Shown piece after piece: positions 52,601 through 64,000 of a DNA stretch of 64,000 nucleotides (its first letter is position 1; the number at the start of each line of letters is the position of its first letter). Under the pieces are notes generated by a model. The model was not told the DNA's origin and did no database searches. It saw only the letters and a program-made list of their open reading frames with translations. The DNA comes from Eledone cirrhosa (lineage: Eukaryota), in the NCBI GenBank assembly GCA_964016885.1, contig OZ024741.1, positions 147,374,001 through 147,438,000 on the forward strand. The letters run 5' to 3'. Made by a program: the position numbers and the translations under genes.

Positions 52601-54972
52601 CACGTCCAGTCCCACCGAGTTCTAAGCCTCTCCGAAAAAGCACAGCAACTCCGCCCCCGCTCCTGGACACCTGGGAGATGCGTATACATCGTAGCCACCG
52701 AAGATCGGTGCGAAGACTCGTGCTTCGGAGATTCTGGTCTCGCTGATGGCCACCACATCTATGTTTAGTGACCTGAGGTCGTTGAGCAGGTGACCTTGCT
52801 TCCAAGCTGACCCCAGGCCTCGTACATATATACTGCCTATTCTAAGTAAGGCTATGTTGGATGAGAAGTGAGAAAGGATCACTTATCTTGATCGTGTGGT
52901 GAAGGGACAGTAGAACTGTCCCTGTGACTGGTCATGGGTGTTTTCAAGAGGATGTCGGTGCATATCCTCTTGGTAACCGACCCTCTGAAAACTCCAACTG
53001 CGTTGGGGAATTTTTCTTTTAGCAGTTTGTAATGTTCTATTGAGATTTCAATTATGTTTATGTTTTTCGGGAGAGTTCTTGGTATTGGTGGGGTGTAGTA
53101 GTTTTTGTTTTGTTTTTGTGATATCTGTGTGCTGCTTTATATGTTGTAAGAGTTCTTTATTTGTCATGTTTATGGTTGTCTACTTTTGGGAGGAAGGGGT
53201 GTTTTTGTTGCTGTTTTCTGGTTATTGCTGTTGGGTGTGTGTGTTTTGTTGTGTTTGCGATGTTGATATTTTTGGTGATGCTGGTGGCGGTGTGGTTGTG
53301 TTGGTGGTGATGCTTGTGGTGGGGAAGGTGATGGTGGTGGTGTTGCTGCAAGTCTCCTTGCAGCCTTTACTCCTCTTTGTTTGCCTTCGCTTTTGCACGG
53401 TGAAGCTAAGAGTTTTTTTTTCTTTTTTGTGACGGACCGTTTTCCACTTCCCTCCTGCCTCATACTTCATGTCGGATTCCGTGGCGTCTGGGAGGGGCAT
53501 GAGCTCCACTGCTGTTGGTGGTGGTAGTGGAGCCCGCTCCGGTGATTTTGCCTCCGGTGTAGCTACTGGGATTGTTGAGCCACTGCTGCCGCTGCTTTAG
53601 TTGTCCGTGGCCTTGGTATGCGTGCCACGGACGTTGCCATCCTACTCACCATGGAAGGGTCTTCTGCCTCTGTGGCTTGCCCTGCTCTTGGTAGCAGCGG
53701 ATCGGGCGTCTTCTTGGCTGTTTTCTGCGAGCAGAAGGCCCTGAGGTGACCCCTCTGCCCACAGAGATAGCACTTTGGGCGCCTTCCTTCCACGCTTGTA
53801 GGGAGTTGGAGTCCTTCCTCGAGGTCTATGATGTCTGGGATAGCCTTGATGCACTCCTGGTCTGTTTTTATTAGCATTTGCATGCCTATTCCTGACCAGT
53901 TCTGTCTTCCCATTCTCTGTATTTGCAGTATGGTGGTCTTCTCCTCGATTTCAGCAAGTACAGACGCGGCCAACCAAGGTATGGGCACGTCATTTGACCC
54001 TCACAATTTTATGTCTGCAGTAGGAGGACACCAAGACTATATCCTCACTCTTTAGGGTTTCCAAACAGTGAGACTTCGCTTTTGGGGGTGGCGAAAAGTA
54101 CGTCTACTGTGGCGTACTTTTTGCCTCGGATGATGTGGGTTTTGCGCGCCTAACGCACCCCAAGGCCTTTTGGATTTGTGACATTATGCTTACGGTGCAG
54201 TAAGTCACCGTGCGCAACTGCTGGTCTTTGACAGCATGGCTCTTGCAACTGCTATCTCCTTCTCCGTAACTAGCACTGTCTCTATATTTCGGGCCACATC
54301 TGCGAAAGAAGTGGCCCCTTTTTCAGCGGCACCATTATTGCTGCCGCTACTGCTGCTACTGGTCTTGTTGTTGGTGCTGTTGCTGTTGCTACTGCTACAA
54401 ACGGTGTTGTTGGTGTTGTTAGTGTTATCACTGTTGTAGTTGGTTGTGTTTTTGGTGCCACCGTTGTTGTTGTTTTCGGTGCAATTTGTATTGTTACTGT
54501 TGGTGTTGTCGTTGTTTATTTTCTTGTTAGTGATGTTAATATCGTTGTTACATTTGTTGTTATTTTTTTCTGTTGTCTGTATTTTGGTTGTCGCTGTTAT
54601 TGTTGTAGTTGGTATAGTAATTTTTTTAAATTAGTGTTCTCGGTGTTGTTGTCTTTGTTCACGTTGATTGTGGTTGTGTTTGTTGTATGAATTTTTGTAA
54701 CCCTCCTCTCAACCTTTACGACGTTGTCACACGACAGCAGATAAACTGTTGGGGGGCGTGGCTCAGCCATGTTTTTTTTATTTTTAAAAGTAAAATGTTC
54801 AAATATTAATCAAATATTTGGGCCAAATGGCCCAAATATTATACTTTCCACTTCACAGGGCAAAGTCCAAGGGTTTATATCCCTTACACAACAAGACAAA
54901 TTAAGCAACAAATAATTATAACAGGTAAATAAAGCGACTTACTGGGAGCGAGCAAAAAGCATCAGAACAGAC
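49631..54972 (-). mobile_element. Tx1-like LINE copy D, both ends present, with internal deletions
   Basis: ORF1 ATG at 54770 with CYLCGQRGHLRAFC. ORF2 pieces at 49892-52855 with a deletion near 51985. (TAA)n at both ends. Confidence 0.92.
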
Positions 54973-54986
54973 TAATAATAATAATA

Positions 54987-57200
54987 ATTTCTTTATTTCC
55001 CACAAGGGTTAACGTCAAGAAAAACAATATGACGATACCGGAAAACATATTGAGTATGTGTGTGTGTGTTGGTGTGTGGGTTTTGCGTGTAAACAAATTT
55101 AACAATGTTTACAAAGAAAGATAACAGTAAAAATTAAAACAAAGGCGATCCCTCAATATGGAGAAAACGTTTGAGGGTGATTCGTGAAAAAAAACATAAA
55201 ACTATGAGTGCCCTGATGTCCTCCAATCGACAGTAAGTCACCGTGCGCAGCTGCTGGTCTTTGACAGCATGACTCTTGCGAGCTTGGCTGGCCGCGTCTG
55301 TACTTGCTGGAATCAACCTTCCAACAAATTGCTTTGAAAGCAGCATTTCCTTCATCACCCTAATTTTCCTCTTCAAATGAAACAAGAAGTTAATCAAGGC
55401 TTCGCCGAAGAGTAAATGGCTCGTCTTCAACCCTTTCAAGCGCGTCCACCATACAACCTCTTTCACTATGGCCACAAGACAGATAAAAACAACCTTTCTT
55501 TCCTGACTAAAAGAAAGCGGCGGGACAATCTTCACAATGGACTCAGCTGGTAGCCGCATTCGTTCAGCACGCGCAGCAGGTGTTCAACATAAATTCATCA
55601 GTCAGCAATGCTCGGACACTGGATGAGAATGGACAGGACGGTTTGTCGAATCTTTTGACTGCCCTGGACTGGCAAAACCTCTCGATAGCACTGCCAGGCC
55701 AGGGACTTTTGGAAATTATCCATGTGCTCTGGACGGAAAGTCTTCCCGAAAAGTGTGGCTAGTTAATTTTCGTCGATGCCTAGAGTTTCCCCAAGAATGC
55801 CGTCGCTTTCATCCGCCACTAGCACTCTATACAACGCCAAGATGGAGTTTCCACCGATCATACTGATCGATTGGCGGAAGGCTGTGAGCGCCTGAAGGTA
55901 TTCCAGTTTCCAGGCGCTTCCCACCCCCATACCACCCCCACCACACCCCCACACCCACACCCTCAGTCTCCACTTGACCCAGGACTGCAGCTCCTTTAAG
56001 GAGACGAGCTGGGGAACATGTGTCTGGTGAACGGTGACCACACCTGTTCACTCTTAAGTAATAGATGGAAATGTTGCCTCAGCGCATGTTTGAGCATCAT
56101 TAGCGACGGCATTCCCAGCCCTCTACGTAGTAGGTTTTGACAGGCAACGGACCGCCTGACAATCGGAACGCGTCCCTTCCACAAAAAGCAGAAACGCAAA
56201 CGCTCCAGTGCAGCCAGATGGTAGTAGACGACGGACGCAATGTAGGTGTTCGCCAACTCTGCCCTAATTTTTAGGGACAGCTTTCTCTCGACACACATCT
56301 GGGTGAGATTGGCCACTCTCTTCGTCACCTCATCCCAGTTTTTGTCCATCTGGAGGTCAGCAACAAACCAGACCCTGAACAATTTAACCGGTCCGTCTGT
56401 CCAGCGTCCGACGACCTTTAGGGCAGCATTGACATGCATCTCCAGGTGCCGAGCTGCAGACCCACCGAATTTTCCTGGTTAATTTTCGCTTTTGTCAGCG
56501 TTTCGTATTCTCTCAGAGCAGTGTCGATTGCCACATTGTGTTTGATGCTCAACACAACAGCGACGATGTCGGCATAAGCTGACACAGAACTCTCATGTCC
56601 TAGTTAAAGCGGGATACCCTTCAGTGTCTCTAATTCGTGCAGTAGTGGTTGAAGAGCAAATATATAAAATAGGGAGAGGACAGCTTTGGCGGGACGAGAG
56701 CATGATGTTGAACAGTTCTGGTAACCGGCATTCAACTACTTTAAATTGTGGACAACCTATGCTATCCTTGTCTAATTCCCTACAGAATACCTTATCTAGA
56801 TACGATCTGAATGACCCTTTTGGGTTTAGTCAATATCCACATTGGCGCATTCGGGAAATCCTATCGTTACCTGTCAGACAGTTGGAAGCATCTTAGTAGG
56901 TTTGCGAGGTGTTTTTAACCCCCCCACCTCTCCTACCTGCTTGTCCCACACAGTTCAAGTGTGCATCTAAGATACCGTTCTAGTCACCCACTAAAATTAA
57001 AGAGTGAGATGTTCCTAAAAAGGTTTCCAGGCGTCGGAAGAAATCAATTCGTCCTGCTCCTGTCAGAGCATAGACAGTCACTAGCCTAAAGGCGTGTCCT
57101 TCACTGCTGGTCACGTCCGGAAACACCGATTTACCTTCCGGGTCCAGGAAAATGGTCTGTATTGCGAGATCCAGGCCTTTCCGGAACAACACGGCAACTC
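54987..57200 (-). mobile_element. Tx1-like LINE copy E, heavily deleted
   Basis: APE remnant 56730-57200 and RT/C-terminal remnants 55315-56725. Confidence 0.88.
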
Positions 57201-57759
57201 AGCCTCAAGGGCTCAACTGCAAAATGTCAACCATTGGATTTAATCAGTACCTTAAAATCGCAGATGATAGGGTAATGAAAATGATACCTTATTTCACTAT
57301 ATTATTTGTTATTAATACAATACAATGGACAAGTATACTAAATTGTTTTTAATGCTTTGGTGTGCAACATACGATCCATCCTGTATATAAGCCTTGTTTA
57401 TGTAAGTGTATATTTAATTTTAATTTTAATCGATTATATTATTGAAATTTCATTTTTTTTTCTCCACTTTTTTCTTTAATTTTTTAAATTACTTTTTTAT
57501 TACTTATCTCACTAGCTCTTTATGATTACCAACTGTAAGGAATATTCGATACTTCCCCTAGTCTGGCATGGCTTACTAGCTCTGTACGGACGTTTAAATT
57601 CAATAAATAAATAAATAAATGAATAAATAAATAGTAAAGGGAATATTTGAAAAGTTGTTTCTTCAGCGAAATTTATATTAGTTTTAATCCTTTAAAGTAT
57701 ATGCTGTGGAAATAATATTTCAAAAAGATGCCTCTCTGCATTACATAGCTCTCAAACTT

Positions 57760-57975
57760 TCTCACCTAAATTATAGTCGATTTTCTGGTCTTGCCTAAAA
57801 GATCTCCTCCAGCTTTTCCCCTTCTTCTTAATCATGATTGTTCAGGGAGCAGTACTCCCACGAATTATGCTTCCACCTTCTCTGTCCACTTTGTATCCAA
57901 CTCCACACTACACATATTTGCTATACCTCCTCCTCCAAATCTATCCCCTTCCACTCCAATATCTTACTTACATAT
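57760..57975 (+). mobile_element. Possible CR1/Jockey-like LINE fragment
   Basis: FWS..FPLLLNHD..FSVHFVSNSTL resembles a LINE linker. Weak match. Confidence 0.35.
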
Positions 57976-58564
57976 ACGACAATTCTTTCTTAGTCGGAGA
58001 CGAGTGCCTTTTGGGGTGGTATAATTGTAGTAGACGCAGCATAGCCAAATGGTTAAGGGGTTCATTTTGCAATCATTAGGTCCCGGATCCGATTCCACTA
58101 GGACGCATATTTATTCATTTATTTATACATTTATTTATTTATGTTTATTTATTTGTTGATATATTTATTTGTGTGTTTATATATATATTTATTTGTTTAT
58201 ATATTTATTTAATGATATATTCATTTCTTTATCATGCACCTGTTCACTTATTGTGTACATCTGTTAACTATTCTGTTATATATTGTTTACCGATTATTTA
58301 TTAACTGCGTTGTGGATTCGATAACATGCGTTAGTATAGATATGTATGTATTATATGCATGTGTGCGAACATGTATTTTTATACAAATGAATATAAGTGT
58401 GTGTTCATGTGCCTATCTACACACATATGTAGGTATGTCTGCGAGTACATACAAGCTAACCAGCAAGGCCTAATACATATGCGTTTGTTTGTATATCCTT
58501 ATGTACGTGCCTACACATATGTGGAGTGAGTATGTGTGTATATATATATGTGTGTGTGTGTGTG

Positions 58565-58766
58565 TCGGATTCTCGGGGGTAACCACAATAAGTAAGGTAC
58601 TCAATACATTAGTAGAATGTAAACATCAAGTTTGATATAGAAATTACTGCTACAGGACTAGAACTGTTTTATTCGAAAGAAATCATCAGGAAAGAGCTTT
58701 CTTAAGGATTTCTTTCGAATGAAACAGTTCTAGTTGTGTAGAAGCCATTTCTATATTAAACTTTAT
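58565..58766. mobile_element. Fold-back terminal element with two divergent degenerate hammerheads
   Basis: The - copy 58648-58695 keeps CTGATGA. The + copy 58696-58745 keeps GAAA..TA-gaagc. Confidence 0.65.
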
Positions 58767-58857
58767 AAATATATATTTATATTTTCTCCCAAAACTACCA
58801 AAACTACCAAAACACTCATCTATTTGTACATACGCAACAATTTATGTATATGTTATG

Positions 58858-59640
58858 TAGAGGTAGATGGGAGAGATAGATATAGATACAGAGAGGGGAG
58901 AGTTTGGTGGTAATTGATATAGAGAGGAAGGTTGGGAGAGTGTGTTGTATATTAAATATAGAGAGGGGGAAAAGATTAATGTTTATTGATATAGAGGGAG
59001 GGGGATTAAAAGATAGTTCCGTGTAGTAGATATAAAGAGGGAGGGAGTTTGGTGCTAATTGTTTTAGTGAGGGGGATTGAGAGAGCGAGTGTCGTGTAGT
59101 AGTTATAGACAGGGGTAGATTTCAATGCTTGTAGATACAATGAGGGGGTTGGGAGAGATACATATTGCTAAATATATAGAGAGGGACTGGATGAGACATT
59201 GTCGTAAAAGATATAGAGGGGGAGTTTGTAATGGATAGAGAGAGAACTATTACGAGAGAGTGTGGTAGAGGTGGCGAGGGGGAGAGTTTGGAGATGATTG
59301 ATATAAAGAGGCGTGTTGGGAGAGTGTTTTGTATGTTAGATATAGAGAGGGTGAGCATTTGGTGGTTGTATATCAAGAGAGAGGGGTTATGGGAGAGTGC
59401 GGTGTAGTAGATATAGAGAGGGGGAGAGTTTAGGCGTGATTTATATATGGGGGGGGGGAGGGTAAGTGTAAATATTTATAGAGTGGGGTGAGTGTATAAG
59501 TGTTAGATATAGAGAGTGGGATAAGAGAGGCGGTGTCATGGTAGATATAGATAGGGGGAGAGTTTGGTTTAAGTAGGTACAAAGAGGGGGATTAAGAAAG
59601 AATTCTGTGTGATAGACATAGAGAGGAGGAGAGTTTGGTG
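58858..59640. repeat. Degenerate purine-rich minisatellite (GATATAGAGAGGGGAGAGTTTGG-like)
   Basis: Recurring motif. Similar arrays at 5115-5335 and 60250-60350. Confidence 0.8.
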
Positions 59641-60474
59641 GCACTCTCGGGTCCCAAATAATAGGAGGGGCTTGAGAAATCAGTAATTGTATAGTGTACA
59701 TTCGTAAATATGGGATTTCTTGTAATGTTCTTTTTTTGTCGTATATGATGTATTTTTAATGTAAAATAAAATAATTATTAGATTCTCCGGCTGCTGTTTC
59801 AATATGAATCACAATAAAATTTCGCCGAAGATAGATGAGCAAAAACGGGGTTGTTGGAAAAATTCTGAAAAATTAATAAATGGGGGTGGGGTGATTATTC
59901 AAGACGGATGTAAGAATAAAACTCAATAGCGAAGTAGAGTTTAAATAATCATTTATTATGGCTAAGAGATGAGCCTCACATGATCATCAGACAACACCGG
60001 TGATCCTGTGAGTGCGCAGGTGAAACTTAAGAGTTACAAAGTTCACCAACAGCCACCATAAATGAATGTATATATATCTATATAATACTAAAACTCTATG
60101 ATTGTGTGCTTGTCTGTAATTTAATACAGCCAAAACGGCGCATAATGGGAAAATACTTTGAAAGGAAGTTGCCGAAGAAATGAAAATACAAATGGAATAA
60201 ATAGAGTTTCGCGTAAATCGGAGCATGGGTTCCCGAGATACGAGGGGGGGGGGCTGGAGGGTACATAGAGAAAGAGATAGTGGTTGTGAGAGAGTAGATT
60301 GAAAGAGGGAGAGGAGACAGAGAAGGAGAATGGAAAAGAGGGAGAGCAGGTGGTGTTGTTGTGTGTATATACATATATATATATGTGTGTGTGTGTGTAT
60401 ATAAAAGTGTGTGTGTGTATGTGTGTGTTTGTATATGACCAGTGTATATAGATCAAAGACACCCATACATATAT

Positions 60475-60528
<54 letters not shown>

Positions 60529-60641
60529 CATAAAACATGTCTATAGAATCACAAGATAAAATATATACTATTTCCTCTCCCAATTAGCAAAATTAACTAT
60601 ATAAAAAATCGAATAGACCAGGCTATAAGAATGGGGCTTCT

Positions 60642-61036
60642 ATGAAGGAATCTCCGACAAATAACCAAAACTAGCGCTTCGCGTCGGCCGCAGTGGAATA
60701 TTTATCGAATATTTCGACAGCGTAATCGCCTAGATACAGTCAACTAAGCAGAATTAGATTTAAAATAAACTAGGAGAAAATAGAATACATTTAATTACCT
60801 CTACCATGGTTTCGTCCGTGTTTTGAATTTTCCAATAATTATGTAATAATTATATAAACTCGAGCGCCGGATTCTTCAGGAAGCTCGTTCATATCTAGAC
60901 ATTAAATTTTCCAAAACAATCGCGCCAAGAATTCATTTCAAAATGGCTAAAAATCGTCGAAATATTCGAAATATTCGATAAATATTCCACTACGGCCGAC
61001 GCGAAGCGCTAGTTTTGGTTATTTGTCGGAGATTCC

Positions 61037-61041
<5 letters not shown>
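60642..61041. repeat. Inverted repeat enclosing a hammerhead motif
   Basis: Arms ~60642-60718 and ~60968-61041. Confidence 0.85.
60798..60883 (-). ncRNA. Hammerhead motif
   Basis: Reverse complement reads CTTC-CTGAAGA-aTCCG..CGGAc-GAAA-CCATGG-TA-GAGG. Confidence 0.72.
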
Positions 61042-61100
<59 letters not shown>

Positions 61101-61247
61101 TACACACACATTTATATATAAACATACACACACATATATATATGAGCATTCCGAATTCATTTCACATTATATACATGTCTGTGTATATATTAATTATTTT
61201 CGAATTATTTTTAAGTGAACATGACCCAGCGGGTCACGGGTAGGCTA

Positions 61248-61295
<48 letters not shown>

Positions 61296-61298
<3 letters not shown>

Positions 61299-61602
61299 AA
61301 AAAGAGATGAAATCGAAAATGCAACTGGAGTCTTATTTTTTTTTTTAAATATATATATTTATTTGGTTCCTTTACCGGTTTCGCAGTTCTTCTGCTTTTC
61401 AAAAGGTGAGTTGAGATGATGGGTCTGTGCTTTTTCTCACATCTGCAACAACCAGATGTGAGAAAAAGCACAGACCCTCCATCTCAACTCACCTTTTGAA
61501 AAGCAGAAGAACTGCGAAACCGGTAAAGGAACCAAATAAATATTTTTTTTTTTTTTTTTAAATAAGACTCCAGTTGCATTTTCGATTTCATCTCTTTTTC
61601 TT
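61296..61602. repeat. Near-perfect ~150-bp hairpin in (TA)n carrying hammerhead 3' halves
   Basis: Arms 61296-61445 and 61452-61602. Each arm has GAAA-CCGG-TA and the CTGANGA half is absent. Confidence 0.9.
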
Positions 61603-61661
61603 TATACTTTCACTCGTGTAGGACACCTCGGTTATTTTTCAATTTGTAATAAAAACCTCAC

Positions 61662-61702
<41 letters not shown>

Positions 61703-61705
<3 letters not shown>

Positions 61706-62409
61706 TTTCTGAATTTGTCTAGCAAGATTCTTTATCTGAAAACGTGTGTTGAAACCGATATTGTTATACTTTGGGAGGGTCATGTTGCCAATAAGAAACA
61801 CACGCACCAGTTGCTTTCACTTCAATTTATTATAAATTAAATTTATAAATTTAGGAATTTATAAATTTCCGGTTGGTTGGTTCCACAACCAGACGATTGT
61901 TCATATATTGTCAAAGTTCTTTCGTCACACATTCTGTGACCTCTTCAGTGACTGGGGATTCTTTTCTTTGTTTTTGTGCCTCTCCTTTGTTCTGTCCTAC
62001 GCCATCTTGTTTTTGTGTGTGTTGTGTGCTTAGTTTGCGCATGTGTTACATCCGGGTGTCTGTGTGTGTTTATATTTGTTTATTTATTTGTTTATTTACA
62101 TGTTACTGGTTGGTTATTTATTCTATGTGTGTGTGTGTTTTCATTTTGTCCTTAATTGTAAGTTGTGATGTTGGTATTCCATTCATGAGAGGCACAAAAA
62201 CAAAGAAAAGAATCCCCAGTCACTGAAGAAGTCACAGAATGTGTGACGAAAGAACTTTAACAATATATGAACAATCGTCTGGTTGTGGAACCAACCAACC
62301 AACCGGAAATTTATAAATTCCTAAATTTAATAATTTAATTTATAATAAATTGAAGTGAAAGTAACTGGTGCGTGTGTTTCTTATTGGCAACATGACCCTC
62401 CCAAAGTAT

Positions 62410-62414
<5 letters not shown>
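61703..62414. mobile_element. Two inverted 3'UTR copies of the first PLE family, each with a hammerhead (61910-61952 on -, 62219-62261 on +)
   Basis: Homologous to 2005-2510 and 2215-2453. Flanked by (TA)n. Confidence 0.92.
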
Positions 62415-62447
<33 letters not shown>

Positions 62448-62454
62448 GAACTAA

Positions 62455-63570
62455 CTCTACTTATGCTGTTGAAGGGGGCAAGCTTCAGGCTTACGGCAAG
62501 AGCACCCTGGTGGGTGTTGCACCTAGGGCTGCTGGTGATGTGGGCCTTCAAGTTCTTAGCGCAGGAGTATCCTAGTTTAACTTTGTGTCGGTTAAAGATG
62601 GACCGGTATTTATGAACTATGGGAAAGTGTCTATCTAAGAGGGCTAGACATTTTTTCCCTTACACTGGTTTTAACGTTGAGTGAGAAGGGAGGAGAGAAC
62701 CAGATAGTTTCTCTATTGTTGCGCTTACTTTTCTTAATGGTGTTGTTGCTAGTGGGAGAGTAAGTGATAGGTTGTGAGAAGCCGCTGTTAGCCAACGCCG
62801 TGATATAGTAGGGTGCCGCCCTGTCAAAGATAGCCTTATTAGAGGAGAGGTTTGAGATTCTAGTACTGATATTCTTAACGAAGGACCAGGGTGCTCTTGC
62901 CGTAAGCCTGAAGCTTGCCCCCTTCAACAGCAATGTAACACACCAGCTGTAATTTATGAAGCTGTGGTCACTTCCAACCGACCAAACAAACCACAGGAGG
63001 TCAAATCCTGTGTGGGCATGGCGAAGGGCCGATTTAAGGAACGTTTCCTGAACCACCAGTCTACTTTCAGGTACTCGGACAGACGTTCATCCATGAAACT
63101 CGCGAGCCACGTATGGTCCCTCAAGGACTAAAGTATAGACTACTCCATTCAATGGAAAGCCATCACTAAGTCCAAGCCATAAGCAAGGGGAAATCCGACG
63201 TGTGGCTTATGTATTGGCGAACGAATAACTATTCTAAAGAGATTATGCAATAGTGATTGCCTAAACATAAGAATTGAATTTTTCACACGTTGTCCACACG
63301 TCGCCAAACTCCTATTGCATAACTACAAGGCTCCGGACTGATTCTTTGTAATTTTAGTTTCAACCTAAACACTTTTCAGACTTTCTCAGTTATCTCCCTT
63401 ACACCTCTCGCACGCAGTCTAGTATTGCCTGTGTGAAGTGACCGCATGCGCGTTCGTACGGTTGTCCTTCCTGTTCCTATAACCATACCCATTCCGAGTT
63501 GAGGATCCGCTAAGGTGAAACAATTGTTCTCGGTATGGTGGACTAACTGTTGTATAACCACTTCTATAAC

Positions 63571-63573
<3 letters not shown>
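62455..63573. mobile_element. Neptune-like PLE 3' part with inversion
   Basis: The - strand encodes ISTRISNLSS..WFSPPFSLNVKT. The + strand encodes CSCRKPEACPL..VIYEA..VGMA..FKERF..CGLCIGE. A 45-bp overlap is duplicated at 62466-62509 and 62886-62931. Confidence 0.87.
63494..63533 (+). ncRNA. Minimal hammerhead motif with variant core TTGAGGA
   Basis: CCGAG-TTGAGGA-tCC..GGt-GAAA-CAATTG-TT-CTCGG in the PLE 3'UTR. Confidence 0.72.
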
Positions 63574-63634
<61 letters not shown>

Positions 63635-63876
63635 ACAGATTAAAGTTTAAGCAAAGAATCGCTGCTTTCACCCTTAACGGGATCTTCTGAAACTAACAAA
63701 GTCAATCTGTAAACGCAGAACTGGATATTTCAAAAAACGTTGCAACCGGAGGAAGACAGGAAGACGATACTTTGGTTCGTGGAAACGTTCGCTGGCAAAG
63801 AACGGGAAAAAACGAATATAATACGTCATTAATAGGAGCGGTGAAAAACAATTACGCGCAAAGACAGAACCACGTT

Positions 63877-63930
<54 letters not shown>

Positions 63931-64000
63931 CAGGGTCGGTGGAACTAGGAGGGGAACCCCATTTACCCCCCACCCCATAATTATATTTTTCTCCTCATCT

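Larger units (their letters stand above)
60077..61248 (+). mobile_element. Probable non-autonomous Helitron
   Basis: A|TC 5' end, subterminal hairpin TGACCC-agc-GGGTCA at 61222-61236, and CTAG|T 3' end. Confidence 0.65.

Overview
Animal nuclear DNA that is AT-rich and dense in microsatellites. Repeat content suggests a cephalopod such as Octopus (inference). No convincing intact host gene. Five long disrupted copies of a Tx1/L1-clade LINE lie on the - strand. Four of them, plus an R4/Dong-type RLE retrotransposon, are stacked in short (TAA)n tracts across 33-57 kb. The window also holds several Penelope-like elements (RT + GIY-YIG), RTE-like remnants, a pogo/Tigger fragment, non-autonomous Helitrons, a piggyBac-type MITE and tRNA-derived SINEs. 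The strongest hidden signal is about 17 loci carrying minimal type I hammerhead ribozyme motifs from about a dozen different sequence families. Most sit in short or fold-back inserts next to (TA)n tracts, and many have a palindromic helix III. Other notable signals are a conserved AG|GTAAGT splice-donor motif on the Tx1 ORF1 stop, a conserved Tx1 5'UTR hairpin and a 3' tail shared by a SINE and the Tx1 element. All calls were made by eye and boundaries are approximate.
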